Source of the DNA: Felis catus
Lineage: Eukaryota
Assembly: GCF_018350175.1 (NCBI RefSeq)
Contig: NC_058368.1
Span: forward strand, 27,220,001-27,284,000
Reading direction: 5' to 3'
DNA: 64,000 bases
Part shown: in pieces, positions 27,143 through 39,400 of the stretch
Numbering within the stretch: the stretch's first letter is position 1
How the letters are laid out: each line of letters begins with the position of its first letter
Translations under genes and position numbers: made by a program
The notes under the pieces: generated by a model
Databases searched by the model: none
Told to the model about the DNA's origin: nothing
The model's input: the letters and a program-made list of their open reading frames with translations, nothing else

Positions 27143-27355
27143 GGGGCGTCTGAGTGGCTCAGTCAGTTAAGCGTCCGACTTTGGCTCAGGTCATGATCTC
27201 ACAGTTTGTATGTTCGAGCCCCATGTTGGGCTCTGTGCTGACAGCTCGGAGCCTGGAGCCTGGTTTGCATTCTGGGTCTCCCCTTCTCTCTGCCCCTATC
27301 CCTGCTCATGCTCTGTCTCCCTCTCTCAAAATGAATAAACATTAAAGCGTTTTTT
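27143..27355 (+). mobile_element. CanSINE
   Basis: Head and CT region with a very short tail. Confidence 0.93.
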
Positions 27356-28307
27356 AAATTATTTTCCCGTCTCAATATTGGGTTGTTGGTATCTTTTAAA
27401 TATGCGCTTTATAACTATTTCTTAACGGTGCCTATTCATTCTCTTAATGATGTCTTTTGATGAGCAGAAGTTTTAATTTGGGGGGGGGGGTTGTAATATT
27501 ACTGTTTTCCTTTTATGAACACTGTTCCTTGTATCCTAAAATAACTTTATCCCCAAAGCAAAAAAAAAAAAAAAAAAAAAAAAAAATCTATGGCTTCTTT
27601 AAATAGTTTTCTAGTTTTATATTTAGATTTATGATCTGTATTGAATGAACTTTTGTGTATTATGTGAGGTCAGGGTTGGGCTTATTATTTCCTGTATATG
27701 ACATTAAATTCTTCTAGTCTTGTTTGTTGAAAAGACTTTCCTTTCCCTAATGGAACGACTGCCTTCATGTTATTCTCAGAAATCAAGTGACCATATCAGT
27801 GTGCCTCTATTTCTGACCTTTCTATTCTCTTCCATTTATTTTGTTGCTCTCTATGCTAGTACCACGCTATACTGATTATGGGAGCTTTATAGTAAGTCTT
27901 CAAGGCAGATGGTATATGCTTTCCATCTTTGTTCTTCTTTCATAATATTGGTTCCGATCTCCTAGTTCTTCTGAAATTTTACATACGTTTTAGAATTGGC
28001 TTGCCGGTTTCTAAAAATGATCAGCTTAGTGGCGTTGTCATTGGGAGTATGTTGAATCCAAGCCTCCACTCGGGAAGAATTGAATATCACCACTAGCCTC
28101 CCAATCCATAAGCATACAGACATTCTTTCCCCACTTATATAGGTCTGCTTTAACATTTCTCAACAACATTTTGTAGTTTTCAGTGTAAAATTCTTCTATG
28201 CCTCTTATTTTGTATTCCTCAGAATTTTATGTATTTTTAATAGTTTAGGTGAAATTTAATTTTTTATCTCCTAATTGCTTACTTTGAATACATAAAACTA
28301 TAATTAT

Positions 28308-30609
28308 AGTATTGTCCTGATACCAAAATCAGAAAAATATAAGAAAACTACAGACCAATATGCTTTATGAATATAAACATGAAAATCTTCAACATAATAC
28401 TAGCACATAAAATTAAAAACCACGTACAGAGGATTACGCACCATGGCCAAGTGGGATTTATCCCGGGAATGCAAGGTTAGTACAACATTCAAAAGTTAGC
28501 CAATGTGGAACACCATTTTAATAGAAGAAAAGGGCAAAAACGATATGATAATTTCAACGGACATAGAACATTTAACAAACTACCTTTCGTGATAAAAACA
28601 TTCAACAAACTAGAAATATAAAGAAGCTTTCTCAGCCTGATAAAGGATAGCTATGAAAACCCACAGCTAACATCATACTTACCGGTGAAAGACTGAAAAA
28701 GTTTCCCACCTAAGATGAGGGACAAGACAAAGATACCTGCCCTTGATACTTCTATTCAATAATATACTGGAGGTTTTAGCCAAGGCAGTTATACAAGAAG
28801 AAAAGAAATAAAGGATGTCTGGATTAGGGAGGGACGAATAAAATAAACTCTGTATACAAATGGCACAGTCTTATATGGAGAAAATCCTAAGGAATTCACA
28901 CATACACAAAACTATTGGGGCTAATAAATGAGTTCAGAAAGGCTGCAGGATAGATCAGTTATATTTCTCTACGCCAGCAATGAGCCATCGAAAAAATAAA
29001 ACAGTTCCATTTAAAATGGCATTAAAAAAAACCCAAAATGCTTTGGCATAAATATAACAAAAGAAGCATAAGATGTGGACGGTGAACACTGAAAAATATG
29101 GTCAAAAGAAATCAAAGATGACCTAAATCATTAGAGAGACGCAACACGATCATCGAAGACCTAACGTTGTTAAGATGGCAGAACTCCCCAACTGTATCTA
29201 CAGATTCAAAGCAATCCCCATAAAAATCTCAGCTGGCTTTTTAAAAGAAATGTATAAGATGATTCCAAACTTTCTATGAAATACAAGAGACGCAGAATAG
29301 CCAAAACAACCTTGCCAAAGAGTAGTGTTGGAGGACTCACTCCAGATTTAAAAGCTTACTACAAAACTACAGTAATGAAGACTGTGTGGTACTGGCAGAT
29401 GGATAGACAGATGGATCAATGGAATAGATTGGGAGTTCAGAAATAAACCCATACATCTATGGTCAATTGATTTACAGAAATGGTGCCAAGACAACTCAGT
29501 CGGGGGATAATAGTCTTTTCAGCAAACAGTCCTGGGACTAGATGTTCACATTCAAAACAATGAACTTGGACCATTACTCGCCGCATACGTAAAAATTAAC
29601 TCAAAATCAATCAAAGACTTAAATGTAAAAGCCGAAACTATAAAAAATTTATAAGGAAACGTAACTATAAATCTTCATGACGTTGGATTAGGCAGTGGTT
29701 TCTTAGATACAACATCAGAAGCATGAACGACAAAAGGAAAAAATAGACAAATTGGTCCTCCTCAACATTAAAAACATTTAAGGATACTGTAAAGAAAGTG
29801 AAAAGAAAACCTACAAGGTGGGAAAAAACATACGTGCAAATTGTATATATGGTAAAGGTCTAGAACCGAGGATATACAAAGAACTCTTACAACTCAGCAA
29901 TAAACAGACAAATACTCCAATTTAAAAATAGGGAAAATGCTGAATAGACATTTCTCCAGAGAAGATATACAAATGATCAATAAGTACACGAAAAGATGCT
30001 CAGCATCATTAGTAATTAGGAAAACACAAATGAAAACTACAATAAAATACCACTCCACACCCACTTGGATTACTATAATAAAAAAGGCAGATGATAATAA
30101 GCGTTGGTGAGGAGGTGGAGATTTGGAACCATTTTTCATTTTGGCGGGAATGTAAAATGCTGCAACCACTTTGGAAGAGCTTGGAATTTCCTCAAAAAGT
30201 TATTCATAGAGTTACCACTTGACCTTGCAATTTTACTCGTAGGTATAGACCCAAGAGAACTGAAAATACGTGTTCACACAAAAACTTGTACACAAATGTA
30301 CATAGCAGTAAATTCCTAAAACCCTAAGTATAGGAAACCAGCTAATGTATAGCAGCTAATGTATAGGAAACCAGCTAAGTATAGGAAACAGCTAATGAAT
30401 GGATATACATGAAATGGAATATTATTCAGCCAAAAATGGGAATGAAATAAGGGCACATGGGTGGTTCGGTTGGTTAACCGTCCCACTTCAGCTCAGGTTA
30501 TGATCCCACAGTTCATGAGTCAGAGCCTTGTGTAAGGCTCTGTACTGACAGCTTGGAGCCTGGAGCCTGCTTTGGATTCTGTGTCTCCCTCTCTCTCTGC
30601 CCCTCCACT

Positions 30610-30653
<44 letters not shown>

Positions 30654-31022
30654 ATAAGCATTTAAAAAAATTTTAAAAAGGGAATGAGATATGGATACAT
30701 GCTACCATGTGGATGAACTTGGTAAACAAAATGCCAAGGGGAAGAAGTCAGACACAAAAGACCGCCTATTATGTAATTCTATTTATATGAAATGTTCAGA
30801 GTAGGCAACTTCATGGAGACAGGAGGGAGAGTAGTGGTTATCAGGGACTTGGGATAGGGAGTTAGTGCTAATGGTACAGGTTTTCTTTCTGGGTGATGAA
30901 AATGTTCTGAAATTAGAAAAGGATAATAGGTGCACGATCTTGTAAATATAACAAAAACCATTGAACTGTACACGTAAAAAGGGTGAAATGTGGTATGTGA
31001 ATTATATCTCAATATAAAAATA
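28308..31022 (+). mobile_element. 5'-truncated L1 (L1MB-like), ORF2 RT through 3' end
   Basis: ctgataccaaaa...aaaactacagaccaata, caagtgggatttatccc, gacatttctccagagaagatatacaaatg. The 3' end reads gtatgtgaattatatctcaatataaaaa. Confidence 0.9.
30450..30674 (+). mobile_element. CanSINE inserted in the nested L1
   Basis: Near-TSD aaaa(t/a)gggaatga(a/g)ata. Confidence 0.95.
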
Positions 31023-31499
31023 AGACTGCCCTGTGATGTTATAAATTTACTTACTAGTTATAATTATTGTTTGGTAGGTTTCATTGGATTTTTTAATATA
31101 AACTATGCAAATAGGGACAGTTTTGTTTGTTTCTAATTTTTATCCTCTATTTCTTTTTCTTACTTTATTGTAGTGGTTTAAGCCTCCTAGACAGTGTTGC
31201 ATAGAAGTGGTGAGATGGGGCATCCTTGCCTTGCTTCTGATTTTATGAGGACTCTTTCATTGTATTAAAAATCGAGTACGATTTTATCTGTAGGATTTTC
31301 AGTGATGCTTTTTATCAGATTGGAAAAGTTATTTTCCGTCCCTAGTCGGTTAGTGTTTTATAATAAATGGATGTTTAATTTTTTCAAAAGTTTTTTATTT
31401 ATCCATTAAGTGCCTCATATAGCTTTTCTCTTTTAGTCTTGCATCTCTCACTTTATCTTACACCCGGTATCAATGAAATAGACCGTGAAATAGACAATG

Positions 31500-31670
31500 A
31501 GGTAGAGGATCCCGCAGAAGCTTCTCAGGACTAGAGCTACATGTGGCAACTGACATTCCTTTGAGTGGAACCAGTTACATGTTTGCACCTAAATGCAAGG
31601 GTTACTGGGAATTATAGTCTTCCTGTGTGCCCGGAAAAACTTGAAATGATTTGGTAAAAACAGAACAATT
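31500..31670 (-). mobile_element. Old MaLR (MLT1J/K-like) LTR fragment
   Basis: cacctaaatgcaagggttactgggaattatagtcttcctgtgtgcccgg. Confidence 0.5.
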
Positions 31671-31859
31671 ACAGTGATGATAATGATAAAAAAAAATGCT
31701 GTTATACTTATGTAGCACTATATACTATATAATTCATAAGTCCTTTTCGTTTTCTATGCTTTGTTTTAGAATTCAGCATGTATCTGTCAGTATTAACGTT
31801 GGATAGGCTATTGCCCCTGATCTATTGCTTATTCTTCATGCATCCCTGGCCTTTTCATC

Positions 31860-32350
31860 CAGGCCCAAAGTTTTCCATCTTCCTTATTGGGCTTACGACC
31901 CTGAAATTCACTTCTACATCTTGGATAACTCTCTTCAAATCCAGAACCGTATTCCAGGATGCCTTCGAAGCACGTCCACGTGGATGTTCCACTTAAAATG
32001 CCCCAGACTCAGTTATTTCCTTCCCAAACCATTTCTTCCCAGTGTATTTTCTAACTCAGATAAAAGCACACCGTGCTCCTAATTATTTAATCCTCATTCG
32101 TGTCTGACTTCACTGTCTCACTTCTCACATTTAATCACTTCTGTGCATTAATCTTCTAAAACCCCTCTCAAATTGATTCCTGCTTTTGTATTTCCATCGC
32201 TGCGAGAAGGCCCTTCCCATGTGGAAGGACGTGGAGCATCCTTCCAAACACTTATCCTTACCTCATCTCAGGATAGCATTTCTAAAAATATAAATATAAT
32301 TGTGTTACTTTTATACATGAAATAATTTAATGACCTTCTCTTACAATATT
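31860..32350 (+). mobile_element. L2 fragment; probably continues at ~33750-34340 after the L1MC insertion
   Basis: tccagaaccgtattcc...tccacgtggatgttccac...ttccttcccaaacc. An L2-like 3' end lies at 34290-34340. Confidence 0.55.
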
Positions 32351-32369
32351 TATTTTTAGGCTTTTTTTC

Positions 32370-33685
32370 CTATTATTTTAAAGAATGGAAATCTGTTTTC
32401 AAAAAAAAAAAAAGGTTCAGATACTAGAGATGAACAAAAGATAAATAGATGGTGAGAGCCAGATTTCTCTCTGTGCGGCATTTGCAGATAAGTAAGGAGG
32501 GAAGGCTGGAAAGAATGAACCCTTTAGTGCAGGACTAGAGTTGGACATGTCAAGTACGAACTCACGTTTAGCCTAATATGTATACAGATGGACAGATACA
32601 GGAACAATTGTAGCTATAGGTGAATACCTGGGCTTGAACGTATACATAAATTTCCTAGCTCTTTCTGCTAACAGGGCCTGGGGGCAGTGCTGTCCCAGTG
32701 GCGGCTAGCATACTGATGCCCAAATACTGGTTTCCTAAATGGTGTCTGAACGTTATCCTCCAGTGAAAGGAACTGTGAATGTTGGGAGAAATGTCTGATT
32801 CTAGGGCTGAGGCAGCAAAAATACAGTATAAGCCTGGAGCATTTGGTATTCCCTAAAGCAATAAACTGCTCAAAAAACAAAAGAATGGGAGTATGTCAAA
32901 GGGACAGAAGAGATGACCTAAAAAAGCTCCCAATGGCCAAAGCTTGAACAATTTGAGCAACAAAATAGATAACGTGCTAGTGGGTCACAATTGGAAGTAT
33001 AAAATGAATATATATGAGTTCATCCTAATATAAGCAAATGATCGAACAAGTAAACAATTGGAGTAGAAGGGACAAATCTTCCTTATAAAATAATTCCACA
33101 TAATATAGGCATATATGGCTCCCACCAGGAAGGGGAGTGTACTCTCACCCTTCAGTGGGGGCTGGACTTAGTGACTGACTTCCAAATAAGATCATGTATG
33201 AAGGAGAAACACAGTAACTTTACAGAGGAGAATCCTGGTAAACACTAGTGATTAAGGTTAGTGTCGCAAGTGGTGAGCCTGGTTGATATCACACGCCTCC
33301 TGATAGGACATGATGAAAAATGTACCTCGCCTCTGTTGGCGTTCCTCCCAAAACCTGGAGCCCTAGTCTAGTCGTGAGGAAAACAGTAGACAAAAGCAAA
33401 GTGAAGGACTTTCTCTAAAATACCTGGCTAATGTTTCTCAAGACTGTCAAGGTCATGAGTAACAAGGAAACACTGAGAAACTGTTACACATCAAGGCGTG
33501 TGTACAAGGGATAAAGAGACATGATGCCCGAATGCAGTGTGTGTTTCTCGGTTATGACCATGTGCCAAGGTAATATAACATGTTAATATTAGGAGAAAGT
33601 AGGTGAGACATTTATGGGAACTCTGTACCACCTTGGCAACTTTCCTGTAAATCTAAAACCATTTGAAATGTTATAAGTTCCTTAA
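32370..33685 (+). mobile_element. L1MC/L1MD-like 3' region
   Basis: aagcctggagcatttgg, aaagctcccaatggccaaagct, aagactgtcaaggtcatga, atgggaactctgtac...gcaactttcctgtaaatctaaaac. Confidence 0.8.
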
Positions 33686-35032
33686 AAAACTAAGACCTGA
33701 TATAAAACAGATACTAGCAGAACTTCTGTGGTTGAAACAGAGTTGCGGGACCCAGGGTCCTGACTACCTGGCCTCCCTCTCCCTCCATGCCTTCTCCGTC
33801 TGCCTCCGTCCCCTCCCTAACTCTAAGGTTTTCTGGCACGAGCGTTGCAAACAACCACCTCCAGAACGAAATCCAAACTCCTTGACATGTCTTCCAGTGC
33901 CCTTCATATTGTCACCCTTGCTTATCTTCATAGGTATCTTCATCATCTGTTGATCTCTTGCCTCCCGTATTTATTTCCTTCATGTATTGTGAAGGTAATT
34001 TCTTTTTTTTTTTCAAGCAGACCATGACCTTCTTGTTGATTTTACCTGTGCTGTTCTTTCAGCTTAGTTTTTTCTCAAGTTTGTTCAGCCTCAGAAACTC
34101 TCCATTCTGCGCCTTCTGTGTCATCCTAGAATTCAGTGGAAGAGTCTTCTCCCCTCCAAAGTCTGGAAGGGGAGAGAGGTGCTCTGGCAGTATTTCTACG
34201 ATAACATGTAGTCCCTCTTAGCTGTGTGTAGGCATCTTGGCTCCAGTGGTTGACAGGCTCCTTAAGGAGACATCGTTCATCTCTTGCCTCGGACACAGTA
34301 GTTGTTCAGTACGTATCAAACAAATGGATGACTGAACGAACAGTAGCAAAGTTATTAAAACGAACTTATTTCCTTTTTTGGTGGTATGTGCACGCCTTTG
34401 AATCTAGCTGTCATAAAGCTACAAACTCAACATTTTAGTAGGCAAGTTTGAACCCAGTTTTTCAGCTTAAAACGCAAAGCATTGGGTTTTGAGGAGCAAG
34501 GGATAGCCTCAGCTGAACCCCTATGTGTATAAAACACATGGAAGGAGTTTGTATGTTACTCCTTTATTTTGGATTTTACTCCTTTAAATAACAAGAGTTC
34601 TACATGGTGTGTACTTTACAGGAAAGTAAATGGGTGCTTCTCATGTTGCCTTTTCAGTCTTCTGGTGTTTGAAGGAGTTGTCAGTAAAGCTGGCTGCGTC
34701 CATTCATCTTCATTAGCTGTTTTAAAGTGATGCTTTTTTGATGCAGGTGGGCCAGCTATCCTCAGGCACTTTAATTTGCCAATTACTGTACCCACGGGTA
34801 AGAACAGATAGCGATTAGTTTCACATTTTGCTCACTGGGCAGCTTAATGTTCTTGTCACCTTACATTGAGTTTTAAATGTGCAAAGCGCGAAGAAACTCC
34901 AGTGCCTTTCTCAGACTTGGGGGTGGGAGGGTGGTCATACCTAGTAACTTCAATTGCTTCTGGACACAGGCATTAAAGGGCCTGATTGATTAATAAAAGA
35001 ACAAGATAATATGGCAGAGGTATATCAAGGAG

Positions 35033-35036
<4 letters not shown>

Positions 35037-35076
<40 letters not shown>
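35037..35076 (+). repeat. (GT)20 microsatellite
   Basis: Read directly. Confidence 0.97.
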
Positions 35077-35078
<2 letters not shown>

Positions 35079-36479
35079 AAAAGCTTAGATGTATCTTTTT
35101 CTTTCACAAAAGCACTGTTTGCTAGCTTCTGAAATCTGAGTGCTAGTTGATGGTTTAGATTGCTGCTATTTAAGGAAAGAAAGAATGGTAGGATCGTCTT
35201 TACAAAATAGCCTTTAACCTTAATAATTGTCTTCTTTAAATACTCTCAGGGAACATAGGTGACCCAAAACACAGAATGAGATGCGTCATTTTTTAACGTA
35301 ATGAATATTCGCTACCTTATACTTTGGACAGTTTTACTCGAGCTGTGACTCACTAATGCCTTCTTTTAAAAATTGCCATAGAAAGTTCCCTTTGGAAAAA
35401 TCCAAAGCACCCTGGCCGTGTTGTCGGCTGTTCTTTTGCTTTAATTGTCTGGGAGTGGAGTTGACTTGTTTATGGGAACTAAACCTGGTGCCACCATTAG
35501 CAGGAAAGATTATTTAACAGTGTAGGAAGGCATGAGAAAATGTCAGGCACGTAGCATCCCAGACATAAACTTTATTTGCTACCCTCTTGAAGAATTTGTT
35601 TGCATATAATGTTGTTCACACCACTGATAACAGAAAATGTATTTAATAACTACTCAGAATTAATATGCTGTAGTATGCATGGCTGCCTAATTTAATTTAT
35701 CTCTGATTAAGCCTATTATGTTTGAGATCACTTTACAGAAGAGATTTTTTTTTTGCCAGCTGTAAGCTTATTTGAATTGTAATATAAGTTAATAATGTGT
35801 GAAATAACCAGTGGTGCCTACTTCTAAATGTTAATTTTGCCAACTGACTTCCTCAGATGATGCATACCCAGATCATTCATTGACATTTAGTTAATATCTT
35901 CCATGAAGACCAGATATTGGAATAAATAGGAAAATTAACTATTTTAGGAGGCAAAGACAAATGGAACAGTAGTGCTTTAACTCTGAAATCCAGAAAAAAG
36001 ACCCTTGCATTATAAAAGTAATTGAAAGCCAATGATTGGTAATCATATAACGTGACAACTAGCGCACAACTTTTTCTTGAGTTCTGTTCTAACTGTATTC
36101 CTTCAATGTTAAATAATCATTTGCTTGGCTAGAGTGGGAACCTCAAGAGTTCAGCAATGACTGCTGGAGCATCCGCCTTGATGTCTGGGCAATTAGGTCT
36201 CTTCAGTGGGCCCAGCATGAGAGAGGGAAGGGACTTCTGCTATTGCCGTTTCGTGAGTGGCTTGTTCTCCAAGCCTGTCTTTATGCCTGTCCTTAACCAG
36301 CTACTTCATCGGCCAGTCCAATTCTCTTTTGCAGTGTCACGGGTGGTCACCACCAAAAAAGTGATTGGGTAATTATGACCCCTCGCTCCTCAGCTGGCCT
36401 CATATTGAGCTCTGTGCATCCCCAGATATGGTTTGCATTGCACAGAATGTGAATTCTAGCATTTGTAGGTGTATTTGCA

Positions 36480-36612
36480 TTATTTTATTTTTATTTTTAT
36501 TATTTTATATTTATATTTGCTATATTTATATTTATATTTATATTTATATTTATATTTATATTTATATTTATATTTATATTTATATTTATATTTATATTTA
36601 TATTTATATTAT
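36480..36612 (+). repeat. (TATTTA)n hexamer microsatellite with AT-rich flank
   Basis: Read directly. It explains the YIYI/LYLY ORFs. Confidence 0.95.
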
Positions 36613-37129
36613 TTGCTTCTTACCCACCCCCAAAGTGTCTTTCTCCCTGCTTGGAATGCCTTTCCTGACCTTCTAACTAAAACCGCACCCCGTCCTCAAG
36701 GCCTTGTTTAAACCCTACCTGCTGCCCTTCCAGCCATCTTGGGCCATAGACGTTTCCTCTTTGATCTCCTCTTGAGGTTGGTGGCTCCATAAGTTAGTCA
36801 CGTTTCACGTGTCATACAGAGAACTTGAGTTTTAAATCTCTGTGGCCCCATAGGGCCTGATACAGCTTCTTATGGAAAAAAAAAAAAAGTCAATAGATGG
36901 TGGTGATTGTTGGTCAGAATGAAAACATGGTAAGACAACAACTTAGATATCACGATCCTTAGGTGAATAACTATAAGGTCAGTTTGTGGGTTCCCATTTG
37001 TTTTAAATGTGAAATGGAAACTTGCATGTAATATTTAAAAAGTCAGAGCTCATAAAGGAGATTTCTCTTTTCTTTGAATGGCTCTTACTAGACCTGTAGT
37101 TTGAAACCCAGAATGTATGAAAGTAGTGG

Positions 37130-37281
37130 ATTTTAGCCCGAGATGACATAAGAATCCACTGGGGAAATTTGAACACGTATTCTGATGATTGGGATTCGCC
37201 TTCAGACCAAATCAGGGAATAACATCATTTTAAAAAGCTAACCAGATGATTCTAGTAAGAATCCAGAATTGAAAACCACTG
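37130..37281. mobile_element. MER5-like hAT element
   Basis: cataagaatccactggggaa...ttttaaaaagctaaccagatgattcta...ttgaaaaccactg terminus. Confidence 0.55.
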
Positions 37282-38149
37282 GTGTAAAGGAAACTTAAAG
37301 GTCATTAAATTCATTCATCCATCTGGTGTCTGATTGCTTTCTACAGCTGTTTGGCAACGAAAGAAGAGAAATTCTAATAGGGGGATTAAAATTGCAACTT
37401 TCTGATGCAGGCATCCAACGCCGCATCCAGATCTCTTAAGCTACAAATCAAGGTGACCCACTGTCATGGTTCATCAGACACTGACCCAGTTTTAGCCCAG
37501 AAAGCCCCACACAGGGAGAAACCCATCAGTACTGGACAAACCAGGATCGTTGGCCACCTTACCACCAATACACTCATTCTTTGGATTCCCCAGTGTTGTT
37601 TTTTGATAAATTTCCTTTTGAGAAGAAGGAAAAGTATGTTTTTGAGACAGAGTACTTAATAGAAAGAGAAATAATTAGAACACTTGAAAACCTTGGCAGC
37701 CTTGAGGGGAAAGAGACATATCAAGAGAAAAAAGGGAAAACAGTGCAACAGGTTGTGTTAGAATTCCTGCAATTAAGATGAAGGAGGGGGCTTTATTTCA
37801 TGTAATTAATTAAAGAACATCAAAATATTCATTCACTTTTATCTCTGCTATGTAGATAAATTAAGAATGATTTTGTAACGTAAGAAGGCATTAAATGAAA
37901 ATCTCAAATTTGTAAATATAATCAACTTAGCTATAAGCTCCTTGAGGATAGTTATTTTTACAAGGAAGAAAACAAAGACTTACTGAAGGCTAGGTGGAAA
38001 GTGACTGACAGAGCATCTGGCTCCTGGATAGTTTTCTGGTAGGTTCTTTGGCCTCTTTCCTGCTCTACGTCCGTTTATTCGCAGCAACATATAGCACAGC
38101 CCTTTCCTTTCAGATAAAAGTAAATGTTGGTAGGTTGATAGAAACAGTG

Positions 38150-38540
38150 AAAGTATTTTAGAAGCAAATAACTTTAGCAGTTTAATTTGTAATTATAGCA
38201 TTAAGAATTATTCACCATGGATGCCCATGTGGGTTTTATTCTGGTATCATGATACAGTCCTGCAGCCTAAGGATTAACTTATCCCACAGTTATTTCCATT
38301 CAGGTCATGTTGATCACTGAACAGCCAGTCCGATCACTACCCTGTTGATTCATTTCATTCACTGATTGCCAAAATTACCAGATGTGTCCCAGTAATCTGT
38401 CTTTATAACCAAATGAAATCCACTGAACTGTCATAAGTCCAGTCAGTGTGTTGTTGGTCAGAGATGTTGATGGCACCATGCAGATGAGATGTTCACCAAA
38501 CTTAGAAATGTCTAATTCCCTCAAAGTCATGATAGACGTT
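38150..38540 (-). mobile_element. Possible CR1/L3 RT fragment (3'-end remnant at ~37283-37360)
   Basis: accaaatgaaatccactgaactgtcataagtccag resembles antisense L3. Highly diverged. Confidence 0.35.
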
Positions 38541-39189
38541 TCTCCCACTCTAAAAGTTATATGCTGCTTCAGAAGAAATCATCCATAAATAAAACTTCTG
38601 ACACATGTTGTTTCCCTTTTTTTCCCCTTAACTAGAACATTTAGCTGAGTTCCTAAAACGCAGAGAAACATTATAGAATGGAAAGTTGCAGGTCAACCCT
38701 TCGCCCTTCTCAAAATATGTTAAGTAGTGCCTGAAAAAAAAAAGTAAGGATGATCTGTAGGCAAATAAGTTTGTAATATGCCAGCTAAAGCCAAACCAAA
38801 CTGGTACCTCGAGTGGGGGAGGGCATGAGACAAACACATTTCCCAAAACTATCTAACCATAGAACTCTTTATCATCAATATTTGGAGGAACTCCATCCAG
38901 CCTCCCAATTTTGCAGGTTAAATAAAAGGTTAAGAAACTGATCCAAAGTCAAGTATTTCCTTTAATTGTTTTCCAGGCCTCCTGTTCGCACCCCCACCCC
39001 CGCGCACGTTCATATTGGTTTCCCTAATTACGTATAAGAACTTATCCCCATCACTCCTCAGTAACTCACAAGTTGCTTCCAATGGACCAGCTTACCAGTG
39101 ATGTGACCCCTAAGAATGGAAGCGAAAACCATTCACTTAGAAAAGATGTACTTCTAGAGAGTGAAAGGTTTTCCTGATGCTCTGATTTT

Positions 39190-39400
39190 AATAGTTTTTA
39201 TTTATCAGGCACCTCCAATATTCAGGCTCTTGAGATGCATCATATGATTTAATCCTCAGAAAAACCTGCAGAATAGACAATACTCTATCTGTTTTCCTAT
39301 TGGGGAGATTATTATCTTTCTGAAGGTCATGGATTCAGCAAGTGGAAGAGTTAGGATTTAAAACAAGGTCAGTCTGACTACAAAGTCTTCAATCTGACCA
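39190..39400 (-). mobile_element. MIR
   Basis: atttaatcctcagaaaaacctg...aaggtcatgg...gcaagtggaagagttaggatttaaaacaaggtcagtctgactacaaagtc. Confidence 0.7.

Larger units (their letters stand above)
26125..31440 (-). mobile_element. Old L1 (3' UTR plus ORF2 part), split by a nested + strand L1 and a SINE
   Basis: Antisense L1 motifs: gttgcaccattttacatcccacca, tttgttgaaaagactttcctttcc, agctttatagtaagtct. After 31023 it resumes in register with atgcaaatagggacagtttt and gggcatccttgccttgcttctga. Confidence 0.8.

Noticed and set aside
27560..27586. Poly(A) run as another solo retro-insertion
   Set aside because: No flanking duplication is visible, so homopolymer expansion is more likely.
30324..30397. 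CRISPR-like repeat array
   Set aside because: Mammalian DNA, no unique spacers and no cas genes. It is a simple tandem amplification.
36365..36711. ORFs with YIYI or LYLY runs
   Set aside because: Translations of the (TATTTA)n repeat.
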